Origin: Firmicutes bacterium CAG:582
GTDB lineage: Bacteria; Bacillota_I; Bacilli_A; RF39; UBA660
Direction of reading: 5' to 3'
NCBI GenBank assembly: GCA_000435515.1
Contig: FR884183.1
Span: 1,980 to 65,979 of the forward strand
Length of the DNA stretch: 64,000 bases
Part shown: positions 1 through 9,028 of the stretch, in pieces
Layout of the letters: the number at the start of each line of letters is the position of its first letter
How positions within the stretch are numbered: position 1 is the first letter of the stretch
Program-made: the position numbers and the translations under genes
Notes under the pieces: model-generated
What the model saw: the letters and a program-made list of their open reading frames with translations, nothing else
Told to the model about the DNA's origin: nothing
Database searches by the model: none

Positions 1-1
1 A

Positions 2-304
2 AGTGGAAGCGCTGATATAAGTGTTAATTCATTTGATGAAGTTGGAACAATTGATAATACAATAGATGAAAATATAAGAATATTAAATGATGGTGGTAAA
101 GTACATGTAGAGCCAATTCTTAGAGTAGGCTCACGTAATGTAATAGCTAATCATAGTAATTCTATAACAGATGTTAATTCAGATTATTTATTTTATTTAA
201 AAACTAAAGGAATAACAGAATATGTTGCACGCAAAATTATAATAGACTCTTATAAGTATGGATTAGTAAGCAAATATGAAGAATTAAAAAATATAAAAAA
301 ATAA
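2..304 (+). CDS. sufD: Fe-S cluster assembly protein SufD-like, C-terminal fragment (5' end outside window)
   Basis: Frame is open from the window edge to TAA 302-304. Translation ...NVIANHSNSITDVNSDYLFYLKTKGITEYVARKII... carries the C-terminal A-x-H...LFYL..(R/K)GI motif of SufB/SufD. Lies directly upstream of sufS-sufU. SufD versus SufB cannot be fully resolved from 100 aa. Confidence 0.65.
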   Translation, partial: SGSADISVNSFDEVGTIDNTIDENIRILNDGGKVHVEPILRVGSRNVIANHSNSITDVNSDYLFYLKTKGITEYVARKIIIDSYKYGLVSKYEELKNIKK

Positions 305-316
305 AGGAGGTGTAAT

Positions 317-1510
317 ATGTATAGAGAAGATTTTCCGATGTTTGAAAATGATATTATATATTTAGATAATGGAGCTACTACGTTTAAACCTAAATGTGTA
401 ATAGATAAGATGACGGAATATTATACTAAATATTCAGCAAATGCTCATAGGGGAGATTATGATATCTCATATAAAGTTGACGTTGAATATGAAAATGCAC
501 GCAAACTTGTTTCTAGATTTATCAATGCTGAAATGGATGAAGTTGTTTTTACAAGTGGGGCAACAGAATCTTTAAACATGATAGCAAGTGGATTTTTTGA
601 ACATATTTTAGAACCTGGTGATGAAGTCTTAATAACTTTATCAGAACACGCAAGCAATGTTTTACCATGGTTTATGCTTGCACGTAAAAATGGCATAATA
701 GTCAAAAATATAGAATTAGACTCTAATTTACATGTTACTTTAAACAATGTAATTAAAGCTATCACTCCTAATACTAAAGTAATATCTTTAGCTCATATAA
801 CAAATGTCGTTGGAGATATTAGACCGATAAAAGAAATATGTGAATATGCTCATGAACATAATATCTTTGTTGTTGTTGATGGTGCTCAAAGTGTTCCTCA
901 TATAAAGACTGATGTAAAAGATCTCGACTGTGATTTTCTTTCATTTTCTGCTCATAAAATGTGCGGACCAACTGGAGTAGGTGTTCTTTATGGAAAACAT
1001 GAACTTCTTGAAAACTTAGTTCCTATCAATTATGGTGGAGGTATGAATGAATCTTTTGATTCAGTAGATGAAGTATATTTAAAAGATTTACCAACAAGAT
1101 TAGAAGCAGGTACTCCAAATATTGCATCAGTAATTGGATTTGGAGAAGCAATAAAATATTTAAATAATGTTGGTATGGATAATATTACAATTCATGAAAT
1201 AAAATTAAAAAAATATTTAATAGAAAAATTAAAAACAATACCTCATATAAACATTGTAAATGATGAATGTGATTCAGGAATAATTGCTTTTAATGTGGAT
1301 GGTGTATTTGCACAGGATGTAGCATACTTTTTAAATAAATATCATATTTGTGTTAGGGCTGGAAACCATTGTGCTAAAATATTAAAAAGTGCAATTGGTG
1401 TAAAAAATACAGTAAGAATAAGCATGTATTTTTACAATACTTATGAAGAATGTGACAAAGTTTATGAACTATTAAAAGATAAAAATAGAATAATAAGTGA
1501 GATGATCTAA
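317..1510 (+). CDS. sufS: cysteine desulfurase SufS (class V aminotransferase)
   Basis: 397 aa. PLP-lysine context FLSFSAHKMCGPTGVGVLYG and catalytic Cys context VRAGNHCA. GGAGG RBS at 306-310. Followed by sufU. Confidence 0.93.
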   Translation: MYREDFPMFENDIIYLDNGATTFKPKCVIDKMTEYYTKYSANAHRGDYDISYKVDVEYENARKLVSRFINAEMDEVVFTSGATESLNMIASGFFEHILEPGDEVLITLSEHASNVLPWFMLARKNGIIVKNIELDSNLHVTLNNVIKAITPNTKVISLAHITNVVGDIRPIKEICEYAHEHNIFVVVDGAQSVPHIKTDVKDLDCDFLSFSAHKMCGPTGVGVLYGKHELLENLVPINYGGGMNESFDSVDEVYLKDLPTRLEAGTPNIASVIGFGEAIKYLNNVGMDNITIHEIKLKKYLIEKLKTIPHINIVNDECDSGIIAFNVDGVFAQDVAYFLNKYHICVRAGNHCAKILKSAIGVKNTVRISMYFYNTYEECDKVYELLKDKNRIISEMI

Positions 1511-1512
1511 TA

Positions 1513-1941
1513 ATGGACGGAATTGAAAAAAGAGAAATAATACTTGATAATTACTCTCATCCATTTCATAAAACAAGTGAGAATGTAGATGGATATATAA
1601 AAGTAAATTCAAATAACGAATCGTGTATAGATAATATTGATATCTATGTATTAATAAAAAATGGTTTACTTGAAGACATTAAATTTGATGGTGAAGCGTG
1701 TGCCATATCAACATCTTCAACGTCAATTATGATAAGAAATTTGATTGGAAAAAGTGTTAAAGAGGCTCTTGAGTATATAAATAACTTTGAAGCAATGCTT
1801 AATGAAGAAGAATATGATGATTCTTCTTTAAATGAAGCGATTGTTTTTGACGAAACTTATAAACAAGGTAATAGAAAAACATGTGTGACTTTGCCTTATG
1901 TAGGATTAAAGAAAATTTTAGAACAACATAAAGAGGATTAA
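1513..1941 (+). CDS. sufU: Fe-S cluster assembly sulfur-transfer/scaffold protein SufU (NifU/IscU-like)
   Basis: 142 aa with the three conserved Cys contexts (NESCIDNIDI, DGEACAISTSS, NRKTCVTLP). Starts 3 nt after sufS. Confidence 0.88.
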   Translation: MDGIEKREIILDNYSHPFHKTSENVDGYIKVNSNNESCIDNIDIYVLIKNGLLEDIKFDGEACAISTSSTSIMIRNLIGKSVKEALEYINNFEAMLNEEEYDDSSLNEAIVFDETYKQGNRKTCVTLPYVGLKKILEQHKED

Positions 1942-1957
1942 ACTAATCCTCTTTTAA
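1931..1957. terminator. bidirectional hairpin terminator shared by convergent sufU and the methyltransferase gene
   Basis: Perfect 10-bp inverted repeat aagaggatta / taatcctctt (1931-1940 / 1944-1953) with a 3-nt loop. T residues follow on the + strand and A residues precede it. Both stop codons lie inside the hairpin. Confidence 0.5.
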
Positions 1958-2713
1958 TATGTCTAATACATGTGTTGACAAACCAAGCATTTCATATCTT
2001 TCACATATTGATAATTGAAATTTTATAAATAGTTCAAATTCGTCATCATTTAATTTATTTATATATTCCCTCATATAGTTAGATACGCTATCCTGAGAGA
2101 TAATTTTAATTCTTCTTAAATTAGCAAGTTTATTTAACTTATCAATATCATTGAGTCTTACATATGAATAAAGATCATCTTCTTTAGAAATAATATGAAA
2201 ACTATCATCAATTTTATTTATCTCTTCAAGAATATGTTTATCTTTAAATCCATGTCTTATAATAGCATAATCATTCATAATGTATGAAATAAGTATTGTA
2301 CCGTTTTTCTTTAAAACTCTTTTTGCTTCATTTAAACACTTTAATTTTTCTTCTGTGGATATTAAATGATACATTGGACCGAATATTAGAATTACATCAA
2401 AACTATTATCTTCAAGCATGTTTAAATTAGTTGCATTCCCATGGATTAGTTTTATATTTTGACTATTTTTTTCAATTACTTTTAGATTATGTTTAACAAG
2501 TTCTAAAGCAGTAACGTCATAATACTCGCTTAGAGGAATAGAGTATGCTCCACATCCTGCACCTATATCAAGTATTTTAGGCTTTTTATAATTTTTTAAA
2601 ATTTCATCTATATATTTCATAGTTACTATATATTCAACACGACCATGTCTTGTTTTCAATCTTTTTTCTTCATTGAATTTATTATAATAATCATTTAAGT
2701 TTTTTTCGTTCAT
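1943..2713 (-). CDS. class I SAM-dependent methyltransferase (small-molecule type)
   Basis: 256 aa. Motif I ILDIGAGCGAYS and an acidic residue after strand 2 (VTALE). No DNA-methyltransferase DPPY/SPPY/PC motifs seen. Confidence 0.8.
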   Translation of the reverse strand: MNEKNLNDYYNKFNEEKRLKTRHGRVEYIVTMKYIDEILKNYKKPKILDIGAGCGAYSIPLSEYYDVTALELVKHNLKVIEKNSQNIKLIHGNATNLNMLEDNSFDVILIFGPMYHLISTEEKLKCLNEAKRVLKKNGTILISYIMNDYAIIRHGFKDKHILEEINKIDDSFHIISKEDDLYSYVRLNDIDKLNKLANLRRIKIISQDSVSNYMREYINKLNDDEFELFIKFQLSICERYEMLGLSTHVLDILKED

Positions 2714-2799
2714 AAATATAACCTCTTGAATATTATAACATCTCTTTTATTTTAATAACAAGTTTGCTATAATAACGATTAAGAAACGAGGAAACATTT

Positions 2800-3381
2800 A
2801 TGACGTTAGTTGAAATTGAAGCAAAATTTAAAATAAATTTTGAAGAAAGTTATGAAGCGTGTTTGGAAGCTTTGAAGCTAATTAAAACAGATGAACTTAG
2901 AGAAGAAATGAAAAGCAAATTTTTGAAGACAATAGAGCCATATGTAAATTCATTTTATCATAAAGATCATATTGTCTATGAAATAAAAAAACTGAAATAT
3001 TTTGGATTTATTCATAACGCAGATATTGAGTTTTATCTTCAATATGTGTTGGAAAATTATGACGAAGAAACGTTTAATAGATTTTATTCTACCGTTTATG
3101 AAATTGGCCTTTCATCAACAAGTGCAGCATCAAGAATATGTCATAATTCTTCTTGGTATTCTGGAAAAAAGGATAAAGAAAGAATTATTGAAGAAACATT
3201 TAGAAATGGACATTTGTTAGCAAATACTTTTGAAGAAGAAATAAGAAAGTGTATTGAGAATGTAATAGAAATTGAAATAGATTATATCAATGAATGTCAA
3301 AAAAAATCATTAAAAGGTGAAACTTATTGTGATAATTGTTCACCGCTTTGTCTAGAGAAAAGAATAGCGAGGGAGGAATAA
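2800..3381 (+). CDS. hypothetical protein
   Basis: 193-aa ORF with RBS-like gaggaa upstream and an extended -10 (tgctataat, 2765-2773). No recognisable motif. Confidence 0.55.
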   Translation: MTLVEIEAKFKINFEESYEACLEALKLIKTDELREEMKSKFLKTIEPYVNSFYHKDHIVYEIKKLKYFGFIHNADIEFYLQYVLENYDEETFNRFYSTVYEIGLSSTSAASRICHNSSWYSGKKDKERIIEETFRNGHLLANTFEEEIRKCIENVIEIEIDYINECQKKSLKGETYCDNCSPLCLEKRIAREE

Positions 3382-3429
3382 TTATGGATGTTATTAAAGA
3401 AAAAAGTAGGGGCTCCTTAATTGTTATAA

Positions 3430-4065
3430 GTGGTCCAAGTGGGGGCTGGTAAAGGAACTATTATTAAAGAATTTTTAAATATATATGAAAATGCTTGGTT
3501 AAGTATTTCTTGTACATCAAGAGCTCCTAGACCTGGAGATAAAGATGGAGAAACATATTATTTTTTATCTAAAGAAGAATTTGAAACAATGATTAAAAAT
3601 AATGAGTTTTTAGAATATGCTGAGTATAATGGTGCTTATTATGGTACTCCTAAAAAGTATATAGATGATAGACTAAATAGTGGTATAGATGTAATACTTG
3701 AAATTGAAGTTCAAGGAGCTTTAAAGGTTCGTGAACTTTTACCTGAAGCAATATGTATTTTTATTCTTCCACCTTCAATGAGTGAACTTAGACGTAGACT
3801 TACATGTCGTGGAACAGAAACTAAAGATAAAGTTCTTTCAAGATTTAAAAGAGCATATCAAGAAATTAATGAAGTTAAAGATTATAACTATGTTGTAGTA
3901 AATGATACAGTTGAAAATGCTGTTCAAAAAATAACAAGTATACTAATTGCTTCAAAATGTTCAGTTGATAGAATTGAAAATATTTATTTAGACAATCAAG
4001 AAGAAGAAATCCACGAAATATTGATGGATAAAACGTTTGAAAATCGTGACATTCATATTGACTAG
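3430..4065 (+). CDS. gmk: guanylate kinase; 5' part is in another frame (apparent frameshift, true start ATG 3384)
   Basis: P-loop remnant G-AGKGT, then ...SCTSRAPRPGDKDGETYYFLSKEEF..., YAEYNGAYYGTP, ILEIEVQGA. ATG 3384 has a GGGAGGA RBS and encodes MDVIKEKSRGSLIVISGPSG, then hits TAA at 3450-3452. Removing one G from the GGGGG run at 3441-3445 restores ISGPSGAGKGT. Confidence 0.85.
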   Translation: MVQVGAGKGTIIKEFLNIYENAWLSISCTSRAPRPGDKDGETYYFLSKEEFETMIKNNEFLEYAEYNGAYYGTPKKYIDDRLNSGIDVILEIEVQGALKVRELLPEAICIFILPPSMSELRRRLTCRGTETKDKVLSRFKRAYQEINEVKDYNYVVVNDTVENAVQKITSILIASKCSVDRIENIYLDNQEEEIHEILMDKTFENRDIHID

Positions 4066-4089
4066 ATAAAGAAAATAAGATAAAATTTT

Positions 4090-4292
4090 ATTTGTAAAGC
4101 GAAGATATGAGATTAGTAATAAATGATTTGTTTTAAAGAGAGTTTGTGGTTGGTGTAAACAAGCAATAAATATTTATGAATCTCCTCATTAGTGTTGTTA
4201 ATAGCAACCGGTGTTAGCCGTTATCTAAATTAAGTTAAAAGTAGGATGGTACCGCACATAAGTGCTCCTTTGTGTGGTATCATTTTTTTATT
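4090..4292 (+). promoter_or_regulatory. T-box riboswitch leader, probable Ser specifier (TCT at 4181-4183)
   Basis: AGAGAG box at about 4136-4141. Conserved T-box sequence aaaagtaggatggtaccgca at 4237-4256. Terminator arms taccgcaca (4250-4258) / tgtgtggta (4271-4279) followed by a T7 run (4283-4289). GAA-TCT-C in the specifier-loop position. Downstream operon contains serS. Confidence 0.8.
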
Positions 4293-4306
4293 AGAAAGGA
4301 GTATTT

Positions 4307-5047
4307 ATGAGAAAACTTATTACTGATTCTTACTATTATAATAGTAGAAAATTTAATAATCGAGCAAGCCAACTGGGTTTTAATATTATTTATGTAACTA
4401 ACATTGATTTCTATAAAGATAAATATGTATGTGCAAGTTCGTTACCTAAAAATTTATTTGATTTAGTTGACTTATTTGACACAAGTAGAATAACTGATGA
4501 TAATAATTTACTTATCAGTTTTTCTAAAGAAGATTTAGAAAAAATAAGAGAGATGGATGATCAATATCTTAAGGCATCTGTTATAGTTCGAAGAGTGTTT
4601 GCAAATATTTTGGATAAAGCAGGGAATCCTTATATAGATCATTTGTATACAGTTTCTTTAAGCGAAGATTATATTTCTTCAGTTGCTGGATTATTACATG
4701 ATATTATAGAGGATACAAATATAACCGCTTTGGATTTATTAGAGGTTGGAATTGATAGGGATATAGTTGAAACTGTGTTTATTGTTACAAAACCTTTAAA
4801 AGAAAAGATAGAGCTAAGTGAGGAAGAAAGATTGCAATCTTATAATGTAGAAATAGATTCAATTATAAATAGTGGAAATCCACATGCTTTAAGATTAAAA
4901 ATGCGTGATATGAAAAATAATTATGATAAAAAAAGGTTAGAACTTTTATCTAGTGAACAACAGGAATGGCTTGGTAAAAAGTATGGTAATAATTTAAAAA
5001 AATTAGAAAAAGCATTAGAAAGTAGGAATAAAAATGATAGATATTAA
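4307..5047 (+). CDS. HD-domain protein, RelA/SpoT-type (p)ppGpp hydrolase-like (small alarmone hydrolase-like) with an N-terminal extension of about 90 aa
   Basis: Motif block KAGNPYIDHLYTVSL...VAGLLHDIIEDTNIT matches the SpoT hydrolase (HD_4) signature G-x-PY-x-x-H...LLHD-x-x-EDT. AGGAG RBS. Overlaps serS by 14 nt. Confidence 0.75.
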   Translation: MRKLITDSYYYNSRKFNNRASQLGFNIIYVTNIDFYKDKYVCASSLPKNLFDLVDLFDTSRITDDNNLLISFSKEDLEKIREMDDQYLKASVIVRRVFANILDKAGNPYIDHLYTVSLSEDYISSVAGLLHDIIEDTNITALDLLEVGIDRDIVETVFIVTKPLKEKIELSEEERLQSYNVEIDSIINSGNPHALRLKMRDMKNNYDKKRLELLSSEQQEWLGKKYGNNLKKLEKALESRNKNDRY

Positions 5048-6323
5048 ATTAATAAGAGAAAATAAAGAATTAGTAAAAGAAAATATAAAGAAAAAATTTC
5101 AAGATGAGAAACTACCTTTAGTAGATGAAATATATGAATTAGATAATGAATATAGAGATACTAAACTAAAAATGGATACTATGCGTGCTGAAAAAAACAA
5201 ATTAAGTTCTGAAATTGGAAACTTAATGCGCGATGGAAAACGTGAAGAAGCTGAAGAGATTAAAACTAAGGTTTCAACTATGAATAATGAAATAGATACT
5301 TTAACTTCTAGAGAAGAAGAACTAAGCAAAATAATTAAAGAAAAAATGATGGTTATTCCAAATATTGTTGCTTCAGATGTTCCAGTAGGTAAGGATGATT
5401 CTGAAAATGTTGAGTTAAAAAGATTTGGAGAAGCAACTGTACCAGCTTATGAAATACCATATCATGCTGATATTCTTGAAAGTATTGATGGACTTGATAA
5501 AGAAGCAAGCGGTAGAACAAGTGGAAATGGTTTCTATTATCTTATGGGTGATGCAGCAAGACTTTCAAGTGCGATGCTTGCATATGCAAGAGACTTCATG
5601 GTACAAAAAGGATTTACTTATTGTATACCTCCATTCATGATTAGAAGTGATGTTGTAACTGGAGTAATGAGTTTTACTGAAATGGACGCCATGATGTATA
5701 AAATTGAAGGAGAAGACTTATATTTAATTGGTACAAGTGAACACTCAATGATTGGTAAATTTAAAGATCAATTAATTAAAAAAGAAAGTTTACCTATTTG
5801 TATGACTTCTTATTCACCTTGTTTTAGAAAAGAAGTAGGTGCTCATGGTATTGAGGAAAGAGGAATATATAGAGTTCATCAATTTGAAAAACAAGAAATG
5901 ATTGTTTTATGTGAACCAGAAGATAGTGATGCTTGGTATGAACGTATGTGGAAATTTACTGTTGAACTATTTAGAAGCTTAAATATTCCAGTAAGACAAC
6001 TTGAATGTTGTACTGGGGATTTAGCTGATTTAAAATATAAATCATGTGATGTTGAAGCATGGAGCCCAAGACAACAAAAGTTTTTTGAAGTAGGTTCTTG
6101 TTCAAACTTAACTGATGCTCAAGCAAGAAGACTAGGTATTCGTGTAAAAAGTGATAAAGGAAACTATTATCTACATACGCTTAATAATACAGTACTTGCA
6201 TCTACTCGTGCTTTGATTGCTTTAATTGAAAATAACTATAATGAAGATGGAAGTATAACAATTCCTGAACCTTTAAGAATGTATATGTTAGGTCAAGAAA
6301 AAATCGAACCAAAAAGAAAATAG
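5034..6323 (+). CDS. serS: seryl-tRNA synthetase
   Basis: 429 aa. Has the N-terminal coiled-coil arm (MIDIKLIRENKELV...), and class II core motifs (FRKEVGAHG..RGIYRVHQFEKQE, GSCSN..D.QARRLGIR, TLNNTVLA). Confidence 0.95.
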   Translation: MIDIKLIRENKELVKENIKKKFQDEKLPLVDEIYELDNEYRDTKLKMDTMRAEKNKLSSEIGNLMRDGKREEAEEIKTKVSTMNNEIDTLTSREEELSKIIKEKMMVIPNIVASDVPVGKDDSENVELKRFGEATVPAYEIPYHADILESIDGLDKEASGRTSGNGFYYLMGDAARLSSAMLAYARDFMVQKGFTYCIPPFMIRSDVVTGVMSFTEMDAMMYKIEGEDLYLIGTSEHSMIGKFKDQLIKKESLPICMTSYSPCFRKEVGAHGIEERGIYRVHQFEKQEMIVLCEPEDSDAWYERMWKFTVELFRSLNIPVRQLECCTGDLADLKYKSCDVEAWSPRQQKFFEVGSCSNLTDAQARRLGIRVKSDKGNYYLHTLNNTVLASTRALIALIENNYNEDGSITIPEPLRMYMLGQEKIEPKRK

Positions 6324-6342
6324 CCAAGTTGCTATTTTTTTT
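6317..6342 (+). terminator. rho-independent terminator after serS
   Basis: Stem aaaatagc / gctatttt (6317-6324 / 6331-6338) followed by a T-run. Overlaps the serS stop codon. Confidence 0.7.
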
Positions 6343-6373
6343 GTAATTAAATATAATATATTTGAGGTGCAGC

Positions 6374-7168
6374 ATGAATTATAAAGTATTAAATGAAATG
6401 GTGAAGTATATTGAAAATCACTTAGATGAAGAAATTGATTTTGATAAGTTATGCAAAATAACGGGAATGAATATTTTTATTTTAGAAAGAATTTTTAATT
6501 TTTTAACTGGAATAACATTAAAAGAATATATCAAAAAGAGAAGATTAAGTGCTGCTTTTGAAGAAATAAAAAACACGAATAACAAAATTATTGATATAGC
6601 AATTAAATATCAATTTAATTCAGCTACATCTTTTTATCGAGCATTTAAAAATCAATTTGGAATATCACCAAATGATTGCCGTAAAAAAGATGTAATGTAT
6701 CAAAGTGTTCCTATGATAATTTTTCCTTTGGATGATAAAGATTTTAATTTTGATTATGAGATAAAAGAATTTGCTCAAAAAAAATTATATTGTTATCATG
6801 TACATGAAAAAAATCATGATGACTTACTTTATCAAATACGAAAGTTGTTTCTTAATTTAAGACAAGAGCAAGATGTAGATAAATTGACTGAAAAAGAAAT
6901 GTTGTATGGCATTTTTATAAGACACAATGGTGAGTACAACTATTATTTAGGAACTACTATAAAAAATGAAAATTTAGAGGTTTATACTTTAGAAAACACT
7001 CGATATATTGTATTTAAATTAGCTGGCAGTAAGCAAGATGATATTGTTTCACTTGAAAGAAAAATAAAATTGTCTTGGTATCCTTCAACTAAATATAACG
7101 CTGATAAAAATATTACCATAGAAAATTATTCTAGTAATTATACATTTATTATGTTACCCCTAAAATAG
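6374..7168 (+). CDS. AraC-family transcriptional regulator with C-terminal GyrI-like effector-binding domain
   Basis: N-terminal AraC HTH pair (LCKITGMNIFILERIFN..., IAIKYQFNSATSFYRAFKNQFGISP). ATG 6374 is preferred over the track's TTG 6362 (GAGGTG RBS upstream). Confidence 0.85.
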   Translation: MNYKVLNEMVKYIENHLDEEIDFDKLCKITGMNIFILERIFNFLTGITLKEYIKKRRLSAAFEEIKNTNNKIIDIAIKYQFNSATSFYRAFKNQFGISPNDCRKKDVMYQSVPMIIFPLDDKDFNFDYEIKEFAQKKLYCYHVHEKNHDDLLYQIRKLFLNLRQEQDVDKLTEKEMLYGIFIRHNGEYNYYLGTTIKNENLEVYTLENTRYIVFKLAGSKQDDIVSLERKIKLSWYPSTKYNADKNITIENYSSNYTFIMLPLK

Positions 7169-7240
7169 TTTACATAATTGATATAGAAATTGTAAAGAAT
7201 CTAGAGATTAACTTTTTTATAATTGATTTGGTGATTAGTT

Positions 7241-8950
7241 ATGAAAAGTAAATCAATTAATATTATTAAAAACTATTTTTCATTAGTTGGCTATAAAGAT
7301 TTTGGCTTGTATGTTTTTACTTTAATATGTTTGATAAACGTTCTTATAGGTTTAATTAAACCTTATTATGAAGCATCAACTATAACTTTGTTAACAACAG
7401 CTTCTTATACTTTGGTTTTTAAAAACTTAGCAATTATAACTTTAATATTAATAATAAATAGAGCTTTATCTTTTATTACAAACACTCTATATGCTAAATA
7501 TTTTAAGAAAATATATGCAAGAGTTCATCAAATGCTAGTTAAGTCAGTGTGTGAATTTGATGAAAATTACGGAAGAGAAATTAATAATGGAAAAATCTTA
7601 AATTCATCTAATCAAGATATATTAAATATGGCGGAAATTCCATCAATTGTTTTTGAAATGATGATTGAAATAATTAAATTAGTTATATTGTTTATTATTT
7701 TTTTTAGTAAGAGTAAGTTAGTTTTTGTTTATGTATTCGTTGTTTTTCTGATTTATTATATTTTCGCTAAATGGTGTATTGTTAAATCAAATAGTTACTT
7801 GAAAAAACAACGTAAATATGCTGATGAATTGACTTCTTTATTATCCCAATTATTAAGAGGCCTTAAGGATGTTAAAAGTTTAGGCCTTTATTCTAAATTA
7901 GAAAATAAAATGAAAAAATTAAGAATTAAGTGGGGAAATAGTTATTATCAAAAAAGAAGATATTTAATAATTAGAAAAAACGTTGTTTCACTTTTTATTG
8001 ATATAGCTAAGTTTGGTATGCTCTTTATCTTAATTTATTTCTTAATTAACAACAAAATGGAATTGACTATTGTTTTATTATTGATATCATATTATGGTAG
8101 AATTAGAAAAACTTTGGATAATATTATTTCATTTTATATTTCTTTAGCAGAAAAATGTGTTTCTTTTGAACGTGTTAAAGATATTATTGATCATAAAAAT
8201 AACACTTGCTATATTGACAGTGTTTATAAAAAGAATGTAACTGGTGTAATTGAATTTAAGAATGTATCTTTTAAATACGATGATAAATTGGTTTTAAAAC
8301 ATGTATCTTTTAAAATTCCAGAAAATTCTTTGATTACTTTTGTTGGTGAATATGGTTCAGGTAAAACAACAATTTTTAATTTGCTTTTACGATTTTATAA
8401 TATAGATACTGGGAATATTTTGATCGATAATCTTGATATTTATAAATATTCTAAAGAAAAGTATAGTTCTATAATAAGTGTTGTAAATCAAAATACTTTT
8501 ATGTTTGATTTTAGTATAAAAGATAATTTATCTGTTGGTAATTCGTCTTTTAAAGATCAAGTTAAGGTATGTAAAAAGGTTGGAATACATGATCATATTA
8601 TGTCACTTAAAGACGGTTACAACACAGTGCTCAAAGAAAATGCTGATAATTTAAGTGGAGGTCAAAAGCAACTTTTGTCACTTGCACGAGTAATGCTTAT
8701 AAATCCGAAAATAATTTTGCTTGATGAAGTGACGTCGTCGTTAGATCCGAAAACATCTCATAAAATTTTTGAATTAATTAATGAGTTGAAGGGTAGTCAT
8801 ACTATACTGATTATTACTCATAATAAAAAAATAATGGAACTCTCGGATAATTTGATTTTATTAGAAAAGGGTAAAATTATGGGTGTCGGCAATCATAAGT
8901 TATTAATGAATAATAAAGCATATAAAAATTTGGTCGATAATGTAAATTAG
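7241..8950 (+). CDS. ABC transporter, fused permease/ATP-binding protein (type 1 exporter)
   Basis: 569 aa. Multiple N-terminal TM segments, Walker A GEYGSGKTT, signature LSGGQKQ, Walker B ILLDEVTSSLD, H-loop ITHN. Confidence 0.9.
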   Translation: MKSKSINIIKNYFSLVGYKDFGLYVFTLICLINVLIGLIKPYYEASTITLLTTASYTLVFKNLAIITLILIINRALSFITNTLYAKYFKKIYARVHQMLVKSVCEFDENYGREINNGKILNSSNQDILNMAEIPSIVFEMMIEIIKLVILFIIFFSKSKLVFVYVFVVFLIYYIFAKWCIVKSNSYLKKQRKYADELTSLLSQLLRGLKDVKSLGLYSKLENKMKKLRIKWGNSYYQKRRYLIIRKNVVSLFIDIAKFGMLFILIYFLINNKMELTIVLLLISYYGRIRKTLDNIISFYISLAEKCVSFERVKDIIDHKNNTCYIDSVYKKNVTGVIEFKNVSFKYDDKLVLKHVSFKIPENSLITFVGEYGSGKTTIFNLLLRFYNIDTGNILIDNLDIYKYSKEKYSSIISVVNQNTFMFDFSIKDNLSVGNSSFKDQVKVCKKVGIHDHIMSLKDGYNTVLKENADNLSGGQKQLLSLARVMLINPKIILLDEVTSSLDPKTSHKIFELINELKGSHTILIITHNKKIMELSDNLILLEKGKIMGVGNHKLLMNNKAYKNLVDNVN

Positions 8951-9028
8951 TCTCTTCTTTACATAAATATTTACAAATTTTAACCATAATATCTTTAATT
9001 AGGTTATAATTATATTAGGGTGAATGGT

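Noticed and set aside
457-765. 102-aa - strand ORF. Similar short shadow ORFs occur on the - strand at 5099-5329, 21823-22026, 24218-24580, 28279-28464, 31413-31676, 34712-34936, 35855-36079, 37417-37602, 41581-41787, 42062-42250, 48671-48898, 50596-50781, 51703-51984, 53208-53453, 54223-54405, 56794-57048, 59226-59525, 59762-60034 and 60804-61049, and on the + strand at 13127-13312 (inside the - strand endonuclease gene).
   Set aside because: Each is nested on the opposite strand inside a longer ORF with homology or better coding features. None has a convincing RBS or a recognisable motif.
1943-2713. The methyltransferase as the cognate modification enzyme for the orphan MvaI/BcnI-like nuclease
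   Set aside because: It is 10 kb away, in a different context, and has only a generic class I SAM fold (ILDIGAGCGAYS). It lacks the DPPY/SPPY (N4/N6) or PC/ENV (5mC) DNA methyltransferase motifs.
3002-3220. 72-aa + strand ORF in an alternative frame. The same applies to 5425-5640 and 58204-58398.
   Set aside because: These are out-of-frame ORFs inside longer same-strand genes (the hypothetical 2800-3381, serS, and the intact paralog). They have no independent support.
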